A DNA stretch of 64,000 nt from assembly GCA_965223665.1 (NCBI GenBank), contig OZ245011.1, positions 4,160,001-4,224,000 on the forward strand. Direction: 5' to 3'. How positions within the stretch are numbered: position 1 is the first letter of the stretch; each line of letters starts with the position of its first letter. Positions 40,309 to 49,909 of this stretch are shown here, piece by piece. A program made the position numbers and the translations under genes. The stretch comes from Nitrospinaceae bacterium (GTDB lineage: Bacteria > Nitrospinota > Nitrospinia > Nitrospinales > Nitrospinaceae). The notes under the pieces were generated by a model, which was not told where the DNA came from, did no database searches, and saw only the letters and a list, made by a program, of their open reading frames with translations.

Positions 40309-40352
40309 AAAAAAGAAACCCCGAGAGAGGCCCAAGCCAACCACGGGGTTTC
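40309..40352 (-). terminator. Intrinsic terminator after porin gene
   Basis: GAAACCCCG / CGGGGTTTC stem followed by a T-tract on the minus strand. Confidence 0.75.
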
Positions 40353-40420
40353 AGGAGGTAAGCAACTAGGTAAAGTTGCAAAACATAAATAACGAATTTT
40401 AAATCTATTGAATCACTATA

Positions 40421-41755
40421 TTAAAAAGAAATATCCCATTGAAATCGAACTCTATCTTCATCGTAGTCCATTCCCGTAACAAAATCATCCAAAGTCAAAT
40501 GAGAATAGTCGACTGTGAATTTATTATTATGGCCGGCAAAGAACCAATTGATGGCAAAAGTGTATTCGCCTCTTTCATCAACAGAACCAATTGCTGCACT
40601 TACTGGTTCAGTAAGATGCGCCACACGAAAAGCTAATTCAATTCCTTCTGGGATAGCTTGAATAATTTCGTTAAAAAAATACCCTATTTGTGCATAGTAA
40701 CCATAAAAGTTATGCTCTAATAACGTTCCTGCATCCTTAACATTTTTCCAATGGAATTCCTGCTGGATAGCTAATCCTTGAAACTTAAAGGCGAATTCTT
40801 GAACGTATTGGTCAATGGTAAATTGTTCATCAAAACCTAGACCAAAACCATCTAAAGCTCCGCAACCTGAGGAACTCCATCGTGTACAGCGACCTTTATT
40901 AGAGGCAACTGCGAATGCTAAACTTCCAGTTGGTTTTTGATGTCGTTTAACGTCAGATTGTCGCCATTTTAAATCACGACCCAAAAAGTTCCATTGAATA
41001 CGGGCCATCCACATCATATTGGAGTCATCATTGTTGGTTGCACGGCCTTCACCATTAAACACACCAACATAGTATCTCATTTCCGCGAGGGTGCCTTTAA
41101 AAAATCGTCCCATTGCCATTACACCTACTTGACGGTCGATGGTAAAAATCCTATTTATAATGGAACGTTCAATAAAAGTTTGTCTTCCGGAGGAATCTAC
41201 CCGTTCACGGTTAAAGTTAATTTTCCATTGTCCTACTCGAAGTCCGAACCACTCATAGGGTTGAATTGTAATTCTCCAGTCAATAACTCGGGAACGGTCT
41301 GCTAGGCCTCCATTGAAGGATTTTGAGGGTTGTAAATCAATTTCAAAGTAATATTTTATCCAGCGTTTATAACCATGCCCACCGATTTTCATTCGCACTC
41401 GACGGAGTTCAAAATTGCTTGATTCTTCCCGAGTGGTAAAGTTGCCCACACTTCTAGGATCTGAACGATTGGGATTGGTGTATCTCATTTGGGCACGCCA
41501 TACCAGTTTTGTAGAAAAAAGCCCATTGGGGGATTCAAAGTAAAAGCCAGGTCCTTTATATTTTGATATTAAAGTCTCTAATAAGCTTTGACTATTTTGT
41601 GGCCTACTATTACTTTTCTTTATGGCTTCCTCGTTGGCTGCCATTCTTTCTTCAAGGGAAAGTAACCGTAACTCTTCCGGGGTTAGGTCTGCTTGCGCTG
41701 CTTGAACCCAGGCAAATAAACCTAAAAGTAAAAAGGTGATAATCTTTTTTTGCAT
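40421..41755 (-). CDS. OprO/OprP-family anion-selective porin
   Basis: Signal peptide, FELRRVRMKIGG, VGQWK..FNRE, NGEG, C-terminal Phe; AGGAGG SD before ATG 41755. Confidence 0.85.
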   Translation of the reverse strand: MQKKIITFLLLGLFAWVQAAQADLTPEELRLLSLEERMAANEEAIKKSNSRPQNSQSLLETLISKYKGPGFYFESPNGLFSTKLVWRAQMRYTNPNRSDPRSVGNFTTREESSNFELRRVRMKIGGHGYKRWIKYYFEIDLQPSKSFNGGLADRSRVIDWRITIQPYEWFGLRVGQWKINFNRERVDSSGRQTFIERSIINRIFTIDRQVGVMAMGRFFKGTLAEMRYYVGVFNGEGRATNNDDSNMMWMARIQWNFLGRDLKWRQSDVKRHQKPTGSLAFAVASNKGRCTRWSSSGCGALDGFGLGFDEQFTIDQYVQEFAFKFQGLAIQQEFHWKNVKDAGTLLEHNFYGYYAQIGYFFNEIIQAIPEGIELAFRVAHLTEPVSAAIGSVDERGEYTFAINWFFAGHNNKFTVDYSHLTLDDFVTGMDYDEDRVRFQWDISF

Positions 41756-42069
41756 CGTTCCTCCTTCATGAATGGGACTTTTTCCATAATACACTTTGCA
41801 AAATTTAAGAAGTTTGTATTAGGATTTTGTGAGGACCAAATTTTGATTTTCATAGTTATAAAAAATTTGAAATCAATTTAGGATTCGTGAAGATGTTTTT
41901 CTCGTTTCGTTGGAAATTAGTTAGAAAAATATTAGTTTTAATTTATTAACTGAAAAGAAACTCTGAAAATTCATTGAAATGCTAATTAAGTGGAGCTAAC
42001 ATATTCTCCAAAATGAATTGTCTGATAGGTATTAAGTTCTCATACCACTGAATGGAATAGGGGTCGTGA

Positions 42070-42474
42070 ATGCTTCCTGAATGGATAGAAAAATTAAGAG
42101 AGGTGGAATCCTCCAAAGAAAAATTGCAAAACGCAGATTTAAGCAATCTAAAATTAATGAAAGCTAAATTGGATCATGCACAATTAAATCAGGCTGACTT
42201 AAGCTGTTCTTACCTTATTCGAGCGGATTTGAAAAATGCTGATCTTTCGGAAGCCGATTTGTCCAGTGCTGTTCTAAGTGAAGCGGACTTGTCTGGAGCA
42301 AACTTAGAAGATACTGACTTTACTGAAACTTACCTGCATGGAGCTAACTTAAGTGAGGTTCAGAATCTCACTGGAGAACAATTAGAGTTGGCTTTCCTTG
42401 ATAAAGAAACCAGGTTGCCGGATTATTTAAAAATCACCTGGACTTCAGAGCACACTTTTGAATTTGAGGACTAA
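42070..42474 (+). CDS. Pentapeptide repeat protein
   Basis: Repeated A(D/N)LS/A(D/N)Lx pentamers. Confidence 0.9.
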   Translation: MLPEWIEKLREVESSKEKLQNADLSNLKLMKAKLDHAQLNQADLSCSYLIRADLKNADLSEADLSSAVLSEADLSGANLEDTDFTETYLHGANLSEVQNLTGEQLELAFLDKETRLPDYLKITWTSEHTFEFED

Positions 42475-42485
42475 AAAAACTTTCT

Positions 42486-44093
42486 TTATTTAATTCCGGA
42501 AAAACCTATCCCCGACAAAGCAGCCATTTCTTGTTTCCAGGTAGTTAAATCCTCCAAACTAAAATGACTTAGCTTTTTATGGCCACAAGCTCTTGCCAAT
42601 ACTTTCATTAATTCTACCGATGCCTCAAAAAAATTGTACAACCTTTTTGCTGATTCTTCCACGATGAGTCTTGATCGTAAATGCTCTTTTTGGGTAGCAA
42701 TACCTACAGGGCAATTATTAGTGTGACAAGCTCTCATAGCAATGCAGCCTATTGCCTGTAAAGCAGAATTGGAGAGAGCCACGGCATCTGCCCCTAGTGC
42801 CATTGCCTTGACGAAGTCGTCTGGTGTTCTAAGTCCTCCCGTAATAATCAAGCTTATCTCTTTTTTTGCGAGTGAATCTAAATGACGCCTTGCACGGGCT
42901 AAAGCTGGGATTGTAGGGACAGAAATGTTTTCTCGAAAAATCAAGGGGGCTGCTCCTGTACCACCGCCACGTCCATCCAGAATAATATAATCAACTCCAA
43001 CCTCTAAAGCAGCATCAATATCTTTTTCAATATTTTGAGCTGAGAGTTTATAGCCTATGGGAATGCCTCCTGTTTCTATGCGAACCTTGTCGGCAAATTC
43101 TTTTATTTGACTGATTTCAGTCCAATCTACAAACCGTGGGGGAGAAATAGCTGGTTCCCCTTCTTTTAATCCTCGGACTTGAGCAATTTTTCCTTTTACC
43201 TTTTCACCAGGTAAATGCCCACCCGTTCCCGTTTTGGCACCCTGTCCACCTTTGAAATGAAAGGCCTGACATTGTTTGACTTTTTCCATGGAAAATCCAA
43301 ATCGTCCAGAAGCAAGTTCGTAAAAATAACGGGAATTGGATTCTTGTTCTTCAGGTAACATTCCCCCTTCCCCAGAGCAAATCCCAGTGCCGGCTAACTC
43401 TGCTCCTTTGGATAAAGCTATTTTCGCTTCTTCAGATAAAGCCCCAAAGCTCATGTCTGAAACAAAAAGTGGAATTTTTAGTTTTAGAGGTTTAGCAGCT
43501 TGAGGGCCAATTATAGTTTCAGTATCCACTTCTTCCTCATCCAGGAGAGGAAGTTTAGCCAACTGAGCTGTAACAATTTGAATATCGTCCCAGGAAGGTA
43601 GTTCATCTCTGGGAATCCCCATTGCTGCAACAGGCCCATGATGACCAGTTTTTGAAAGACCATTCTTTGCAAGATTTTGTATTAATCCAACATGGGGTTC
43701 TATGGGAATACCATGCATATCCTGATACAAACCCTGGTAGGCTTGGCGATCATAAAATTGCGGATGATCTTTTTCCCATGCCGAAATTTCTTCCTCATCT
43801 ACCCAAACTTTACCTTCTCCCAACCAACATGAAAACTTGGGAAGCATTTCATCATTATTATATTCGCTTACCCCTGTATCAATTCGAAAGTCCCATTGGT
43901 GAACTCCACAAATCAAATTATCTCCTTGGATACTTCCATCTGAAAGTAAGGCTCCTCGATGAGGACATCGACCATACAATACAGATACATTTTGATCAAA
44001 TCGAATTACCACCAAATCTACATTAGCAACTAGTGCATAAGAAGGAGTTCGTTCTTTAAGTTGGTTCCATTCTGCGACAGGGATTTTTTTCAT
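42486..44093 (-). CDS. Rieske [2Fe-2S] domain fused to FMN-binding glutamate synthase-related domain
   Basis: CPH...CGVH Rieske motif; MSFGALSEEAK, GEGG, GQGAKTGTGGHLPG, CIAMRACHTNNCPVGIATQ. Confidence 0.9.
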   Translation of the reverse strand: MKKIPVAEWNQLKERTPSYALVANVDLVVIRFDQNVSVLYGRCPHRGALLSDGSIQGDNLICGVHQWDFRIDTGVSEYNNDEMLPKFSCWLGEGKVWVDEEEISAWEKDHPQFYDRQAYQGLYQDMHGIPIEPHVGLIQNLAKNGLSKTGHHGPVAAMGIPRDELPSWDDIQIVTAQLAKLPLLDEEEVDTETIIGPQAAKPLKLKIPLFVSDMSFGALSEEAKIALSKGAELAGTGICSGEGGMLPEEQESNSRYFYELASGRFGFSMEKVKQCQAFHFKGGQGAKTGTGGHLPGEKVKGKIAQVRGLKEGEPAISPPRFVDWTEISQIKEFADKVRIETGGIPIGYKLSAQNIEKDIDAALEVGVDYIILDGRGGGTGAAPLIFRENISVPTIPALARARRHLDSLAKKEISLIITGGLRTPDDFVKAMALGADAVALSNSALQAIGCIAMRACHTNNCPVGIATQKEHLRSRLIVEESAKRLYNFFEASVELMKVLARACGHKKLSHFSLEDLTTWKQEMAALSGIGFSGIK

Positions 44094-44214
44094 ATTATTT
44101 ATTTTGTTATATATAAAAATAAGTGGATGTTATAAAGTGATACAAAGAAATATAAAATGATAATACAGTTCAAGAGATTACCAAAAATTTTTAGAATAAG
44201 TTAGAAAAGAATTT

Positions 44215-44724
44215 ATGGCTGAAGTTAAAAAGGGAGTAGTCTTGGTTGGTCATGGAGGGGTTCCCAAAGATTGTCCTCCTGAATTGATTCGTCGTTTTAA
44301 AGTATTGGAAGGTCAAAGGCGATCAAAAGGATTACCTCCCACTCAAGAGGAACTAGAATTGGATAGTCAAATTCGTGATTGGCCTCGAACTCCAGAAACT
44401 GATCCTTATCAGCAGGGCTTGCAAAGATTGGGAGAAAAACTCGAACCGTTGTTAGGGGATTCCAGGTTAATTCTTGCATATAATGAGTTTTGTGCACCTA
44501 CCTTACAAACTGCCGTTGAATACTTATCGAAAGAGGGCATAGAAGATATTATTGTGATTCCTTCGATGATTACTCCAGGAGGATCACACTCTCAAGTCGA
44601 AATCCCTGAAGCCATTGAGAAGCTAAAAACGAATTTTCCCCGTATTTCTTTTCGATATGCCTGGCCTTTTGATCTCGGTCAAATAGCTAAATTGTTGGCA
44701 GACCAAATATCTTCTTTTGAATAA
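44215..44724 (+). CDS. CbiX/SirB-like chelatase domain protein
   Basis: VLVGHGG, AYNEFCAPTL, PGGSHSQVEIP, YAWPF. Confidence 0.8.
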   Translation: MAEVKKGVVLVGHGGVPKDCPPELIRRFKVLEGQRRSKGLPPTQEELELDSQIRDWPRTPETDPYQQGLQRLGEKLEPLLGDSRLILAYNEFCAPTLQTAVEYLSKEGIEDIIVIPSMITPGGSHSQVEIPEAIEKLKTNFPRISFRYAWPFDLGQIAKLLADQISSFE

Positions 44725-45051
44725 TTAAATTAATCTCTGTTAAATGATTTTTAATAAAAACTAACTAATTCTGGTTAATATTGATTTACCCAGAATTAGG
44801 TGATTGGAGAATTTTAAGCTTCTAAAACGCTAAAGTCATTTCGAATTGATACGAAAATTCCAATTATTAAAATTACCCACGTCCAAAAACTCGTACCCTC
44901 ATTAAAGCCTAAATAATTACAGACTTGATAAATTTGATTATCCCGATATAGAAAATTCGAATATTGGATGTTGAGGGTGTTCGTACAATCCCATTTGAAG
45001 TCATTCCAAACGATTTTAATTTTTCCTTTAAAAACAATCGGTAGCTACTTT

Positions 45052-45088
45052 GAGCCCAGATTCCTTTTTGGGAGTCTGGGCTTTTTTA
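45052..45088 (+). terminator. Strong intrinsic terminator
   Basis: GAGCCCAGATTCC / GGAGTCTGGGCTT stem followed by a T-tract. Confidence 0.75.
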
Positions 45089-45188
45089 ACCCAATTTTTC
45101 AATGGAGAAAAAAGTCTTCTCTTTATCTTCAATTTTGTCCTGGTTCCTTTAAACTGAATAAATAGATTTAAATTTATCAACTTTTCTA

Positions 45189-47141
45189 ATGACAAATATT
45201 TCACCTCACATTCAAAAAAAAGGAACTCTCATTTGGAAAAGGGAATTGCAAGGGTTTCCCAGAGTTTTGGCGCTATCTCCATCAAGGGGATCTTGTATTG
45301 TGGGCTTTGAGGATGGCGAAGTAGATTTTTTTAATAAGGAGGGTGAATTACTTTGGGAAATTAATGTCGGCCAACCGGTAACTCAGGTTGGAATATTGCA
45401 CTATAAAAAATTAGTAGTAGTTTTAGATGAGTATAGTCGTCTCCACTGTATCGATTTCCGGGGAAAACTACTATTTTCAAAAACCTATGACGCGTACTGG
45501 TCTTCTTTCGGGGTTAAGTCAGGGAATGTGATTTTATGGGGATGGAAGTCAAAACCTCTCAAAATAAACTCTTCTGGAAAGATTCTTCAAGAATTGGAAT
45601 TGCCACATCCAAGGCGAAAGATTATTCCAGTCCCGAAAAAGGATTTGTATTGGGTTGTCCACAACCAAGTGTGCCTTGGTTTATACAATAGTAAGGGCAA
45701 AAATATATGGTTAGTCAACAATCCCGTCCCAATGGACCTCTCGCGGGAACACGCTTCTGAGTTCTCCGTAAATGATAATGGTGAAGTTTTTGCCATTACA
45801 TGTCATGAAAACGGAATATTTGTTTATAACAGTTTGAAAAAAACTTTAAACCAAATTGATTTGGATCGAGTGGTCTCCAATGTTTTTGTAAGTGGTGATG
45901 GTCAATCCATATTAATTGGAGATGGTTTAAATTCCCTTTTTTTGGTTTCTCCAGATGCTCAAATCCTTTGGCAAATGGAACTGAATTCTCCTTCTAAATG
46001 TTTGGCAGTCGATAAATCAGGAAAATATATTGTGGTGTTAGAAGAGAATGGCGATTTGTCGAGCTATCAATTTTCCTGCCACAAAGATAAACGGTCCAAT
46101 TTCCTTGAATTAAAAGATCAGGTTTCTTTAAATGAAAAATTTGAACTTTGGAAAATAAAACTTCCCTTTGACACCCTTAAAAAGAATTCTAATTTGCAGG
46201 TTTCCAAGAATGGAAAGACAATTACCTGTGGTTCTGAAAAAGATTATTTCATTTGCGATTCCTCGGGCAATCCGTTAGCTCAAAAAAGTTTTTTAACTCC
46301 TAAATCAAAAGTGTTTAATGCAAAAAATGGAGACAAAGTTTTTTTCTATAATGACCACGAAATTTTTATACAGGATTGTAAAAATCAAGACGAAAAGCAT
46401 TTAACTTTTTACCAGATGCCGCTTAAGGAAGTGGTAATTGATCCTGGGGGTAAAGGATTTTTAACTTTGGATAAAGGTGGCAACCTTAGTTATTATTCTG
46501 AAAATGGGGAAATGCAATTTACGCGAAATTCTAAAAAACCTCTTCATCGTTTGAGCCTTGATACGAGTTCAGGTTTTGCCATTTTCCAGGGGTCCCCACG
46601 AACCATCTTTATTTTAAATCTTAAAACATTGAAAGCCAGGCACATTGTTTTAGGTGGCTCCGTCAATTGTCTGGATATAAAAAATGGAATCATTTTTGTT
46701 GGCGGCCAGGGAGGACGATGCCATGCTATAGATGGAGAGGCAAAGATAATTTGGAAGTTTAAATTAAATGAACCTGTTAAAGAAGTTATACCAATAGAAG
46801 AAAAAACGGCTTTTGTTACCACATCAGGAACAATAATATTGGTTGATTTTTCGGGGCGAGAACTTGGGAAATTTAAGTTGAAATCTTCGCGGTCGGTAGT
46901 GACTTGGTTGGATAAAGATATATTCGAGTTAGTGAAAAGAGGGGATACCGTTTCTTGTCAGAAACTATCTGCTAGTTCAACTTTTTGGAAAATAAATGTG
47001 GGAAGCCTGGTGCAGAACATGGCTGCTCCTGGAGGAAGCAACCGTGTATTTATTTTGGATTCAAGTTTTTTGCATTGCCATCAATTGATACCGCGATCTA
47101 ATGCGATTGATGACCGTTCTTCATTTTTGGAATTTGATTAA
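45189..47141 (+). CDS. Cytoplasmic double WD40/PQQ-like beta-propeller protein
   Basis: Repeated blades ending G.LLW/ILW/IIW; no signal peptide; two ~310-330 aa halves. Confidence 0.78.
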   Translation: MTNISPHIQKKGTLIWKRELQGFPRVLALSPSRGSCIVGFEDGEVDFFNKEGELLWEINVGQPVTQVGILHYKKLVVVLDEYSRLHCIDFRGKLLFSKTYDAYWSSFGVKSGNVILWGWKSKPLKINSSGKILQELELPHPRRKIIPVPKKDLYWVVHNQVCLGLYNSKGKNIWLVNNPVPMDLSREHASEFSVNDNGEVFAITCHENGIFVYNSLKKTLNQIDLDRVVSNVFVSGDGQSILIGDGLNSLFLVSPDAQILWQMELNSPSKCLAVDKSGKYIVVLEENGDLSSYQFSCHKDKRSNFLELKDQVSLNEKFELWKIKLPFDTLKKNSNLQVSKNGKTITCGSEKDYFICDSSGNPLAQKSFLTPKSKVFNAKNGDKVFFYNDHEIFIQDCKNQDEKHLTFYQMPLKEVVIDPGGKGFLTLDKGGNLSYYSENGEMQFTRNSKKPLHRLSLDTSSGFAIFQGSPRTIFILNLKTLKARHIVLGGSVNCLDIKNGIIFVGGQGGRCHAIDGEAKIIWKFKLNEPVKEVIPIEEKTAFVTTSGTIILVDFSGRELGKFKLKSSRSVVTWLDKDIFELVKRGDTVSCQKLSASSTFWKINVGSLVQNMAAPGGSNRVFILDSSFLHCHQLIPRSNAIDDRSSFLEFD

Positions 47142-47160
47142 AATTTTATGGATAAAAAAC

Positions 47161-48645
47161 ATGCATTTATTAAACAATGATTTGGTTTTGAGTATCAGGG
47201 CACGATATCCACTTTTATATTTACTTACCTGGGAAGAAGATCGGGCAGAGGAGGTTCTGCGCAAGGTAGGATCCCAAACCAATAAAGAGGTTGTCGTCTG
47301 GAGTTTGTCAAAAGGATTTGAGCCTCAGCAAAATGGACTTGGTAATAAATCGACAAAACCTGAGGAAGCTCTGAAGGCCATCGAGAATTACTCTAAAAAA
47401 GCCATATTTGTTTTAAAAGATTTCCATCCTTTTCTGGAAAAGGAAATTATTTTGCGGCAAATGAGAGATTTAGTTCGGAATTTGAAGAAAAGCTATAAGT
47501 CTGTGATTTTGGTTTCACCCATTTTAAAAATTCCCCCTGAATTGGAAAAAGATATTACGGTTTTCGATTTACCTCTACCAAACTCGAAAGAATTGAAACT
47601 TGTGTTAACGAAGTTATTGGAGCCTTATCGAGATTCTAAAGAGGTCCGAATCGACCTTACACCGGAACTTACTGAAAAGGTAATCCAGGCTACTTTAGGC
47701 CTTACGCGAAATGAAGCTGAAAATGTTTACGCTAAAGCATTAATAGACAATAAAAACTTTTGTGAAGCGGATCTTCCAAATATCATTTCAGAAAAAAAGC
47801 AATTGATTCGCAAATCCGGAATACTGGATTTCATTGGTCTTTCCACCACTATGGCAAATGTAGGGGGTTTGGGACTACTAAAAGATTGGTTGCAGGAAAG
47901 GTCTTCTGCTTTTAGTGCAAAAGCAAGGGAGTATGGATTGCCGGAGCCGAAAGGTCTGCTCATGTTGGGGGTTCAAGGTTGTGGAAAGAGTTTGTCAGCA
48001 AAGGCAATTGCTGCTGAATGGAATTTGCCGCTTTTACGCTTGGATGTTGGTAAAATTTTTAATTCCTTTATTGGGGATTCCGAGGAAAATATGAGGAAAG
48101 CCATTGCGTTAGCGGAAGCCATGAGCCCCACTGTCCTGTGGTTGGACGAAATCGAAAAAGGGTTCTCGGGAATAAAAAGTTCCGGGTCTGTTGACTCCGG
48201 AGTAACGGCTCGAGTATTTGCTACTTTTTTAACCTGGATGCAGGAAAAAACAAAGCCTGTTTTTGTCATTGCTACTGCTAACAATATTGAAGAATTACCA
48301 CCCGAGTTGCTTCGAAAAGGAAGATTTGATGAAATATTCTTTATTGATCTTCCCAATACTGAAGAAAGAAAAAATATTTTTGAGATTCATTTGAAACTGA
48401 AGAAACGGGATCCACAAAAATTTGATGTTGCAAAATTAGCGCAACAATCGGATCAATTTAGTGGAGCTGAAATTGAGCAGACGATTTTGTCTGCTATGTA
48501 TAAAGCCTTTGCGCAAAATAGAGAATTTAATACAGAAGATATTCTATCTAGTATCGGCGAGACTGTTCCTTTAGCCGTTACTGCCAAAGAAAAAATTGAT
48601 TACCTGCGAGAATGGGCTCGCCAAAGAGCCCGTCCATCGTCATAG
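47161..48645 (+). CDS. Ycf46-like AAA+ ATPase
   Basis: ARYPLLY..TWEE.R, LKDFH, GVQGCGKS Walker A, LDEIEK Walker B, LRKGRFDE, LREWA..RAR. Confidence 0.92.
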   Translation: MHLLNNDLVLSIRARYPLLYLLTWEEDRAEEVLRKVGSQTNKEVVVWSLSKGFEPQQNGLGNKSTKPEEALKAIENYSKKAIFVLKDFHPFLEKEIILRQMRDLVRNLKKSYKSVILVSPILKIPPELEKDITVFDLPLPNSKELKLVLTKLLEPYRDSKEVRIDLTPELTEKVIQATLGLTRNEAENVYAKALIDNKNFCEADLPNIISEKKQLIRKSGILDFIGLSTTMANVGGLGLLKDWLQERSSAFSAKAREYGLPEPKGLLMLGVQGCGKSLSAKAIAAEWNLPLLRLDVGKIFNSFIGDSEENMRKAIALAEAMSPTVLWLDEIEKGFSGIKSSGSVDSGVTARVFATFLTWMQEKTKPVFVIATANNIEELPPELLRKGRFDEIFFIDLPNTEERKNIFEIHLKLKKRDPQKFDVAKLAQQSDQFSGAEIEQTILSAMYKAFAQNREFNTEDILSSIGETVPLAVTAKEKIDYLREWARQRARPSS

Positions 48646-48717
48646 TCGAATTTTGCGATCTCTCCATTCAAATTTGCATCCTATATTATAGAAGAGCCTT
48701 TTTAAAGGAGGCTAAAT

Positions 48718-49878
48718 ATGAAAGCTCTCGTCCTGGACATCAAACCTGAAGATTGGGATACCACCACCGGTCTCACCCTTGACTCTGTAGAAATTCCTTA
48801 TTTAGATGAAGGAAACCAACTCGAAGACGCAGGAAAAGTAATTATTAAACCTATATTCACTGGATTTTGTGGATCCGATAAAGGTATCTGGTTCCGCCAT
48901 TCTTTTAAAGATATGATTTTCAACTCTTTGGCCCAAGAGAAAAAGTCTTTTCGGATCTGTGGCCACGAATTACTAGGTGAAGTGGTTGAGGTTGGTTCTT
49001 ACGCGAAAAAACAATATGGTTTCAAAGTTGGGGATACTGTGTCTACTGAATCCCACATTTTTTGTGGTCGGTGCCATCAGTGCCGAATTGGTGACGCGCA
49101 TGTGTGTTCAGACCACTTAATTATTGGAATTTCAACTGATGGGTGTTTTGCGGAGTACGTAAAATTGCCGGCCAAGGAATTGTGGCCTACAGACACCGAA
49201 TTGATTCGTCCTGAGGTGGCTTCCATTCAAGAACCCTTAGGGAATGCTGTGCACGCTTGCAGTAAAGTGGATTTAAGGGGGAAAAATCTTGCCATCTTTG
49301 GATGCGGCACTATTGGTTTGTTTTCTATTCTGGTTGCCCGTGCAATGGGTGCGTCCAAGATCATTGGAATTGACCCCAATAAGAAAAACTTGGAACTAGC
49401 AGAAAATTTAGGGGTGGATCTATCCTTGCAAGTGGTGAAAAGAGAAGATTCTTCGCGTTCCGTTTTGCCGGATTTAGAAATTGCAAATGAAATCAGGAAG
49501 GTTTGCTTTGGAGAAGGAGTGGATGTGGCTTTGGAAATGTCTGGATCTAATCAAGCATTAAATACAGCTATTACTTCAACCCGTGCTGGAGGAGACATTA
49601 TATTATTTGGATTGTCTGCAGGAGATTACACTTTGACCAATTTTCAGGAAATAATCATGTATGGAAAATCTCTCCATAGTGTAGTGGGTCGTAAAGTATT
49701 TCAAACCTGGTTTACCATGAGTAATTTATTAAAATCTAAAGGACATGACTTACAGGATAAAATTTGGGAAATCATCCTTAATAAGGGAAGGGGAACCTCG
49801 TATCCTTTTCATGCGTTTGATAAAGGAAGCTTTGAAGAAGCCATTAAAGGTCATCCCAAGATAATATTAAGTTACTGA
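48718..49878 (+). CDS. tdh: Zinc-dependent dehydrogenase, probable L-threonine 3-dehydrogenase
   Basis: CGSD, GHE, CGRCHQC...C, EPLGNAVH, GCGTIG; directly upstream of kbl. Confidence 0.8.
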   Translation: MKALVLDIKPEDWDTTTGLTLDSVEIPYLDEGNQLEDAGKVIIKPIFTGFCGSDKGIWFRHSFKDMIFNSLAQEKKSFRICGHELLGEVVEVGSYAKKQYGFKVGDTVSTESHIFCGRCHQCRIGDAHVCSDHLIIGISTDGCFAEYVKLPAKELWPTDTELIRPEVASIQEPLGNAVHACSKVDLRGKNLAIFGCGTIGLFSILVARAMGASKIIGIDPNKKNLELAENLGVDLSLQVVKREDSSRSVLPDLEIANEIRKVCFGEGVDVALEMSGSNQALNTAITSTRAGGDIILFGLSAGDYTLTNFQEIIMYGKSLHSVVGRKVFQTWFTMSNLLKSKGHDLQDKIWEIILNKGRGTSYPFHAFDKGSFEEAIKGHPKIILSY

Positions 49879-49909
49879 ACCATTTTAGAGTACAGAAGGG
49901 CAGGTTAGA

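Noticed and set aside
44968-45165. 65-aa plus-strand ORF
   Set aside because: Runs through a strong terminator and has no convincing SD.
47101-47160. Longer AAA ATPase start from the ORF track
   Set aside because: Overlaps the propeller gene; family similarity begins at ATG 47161.
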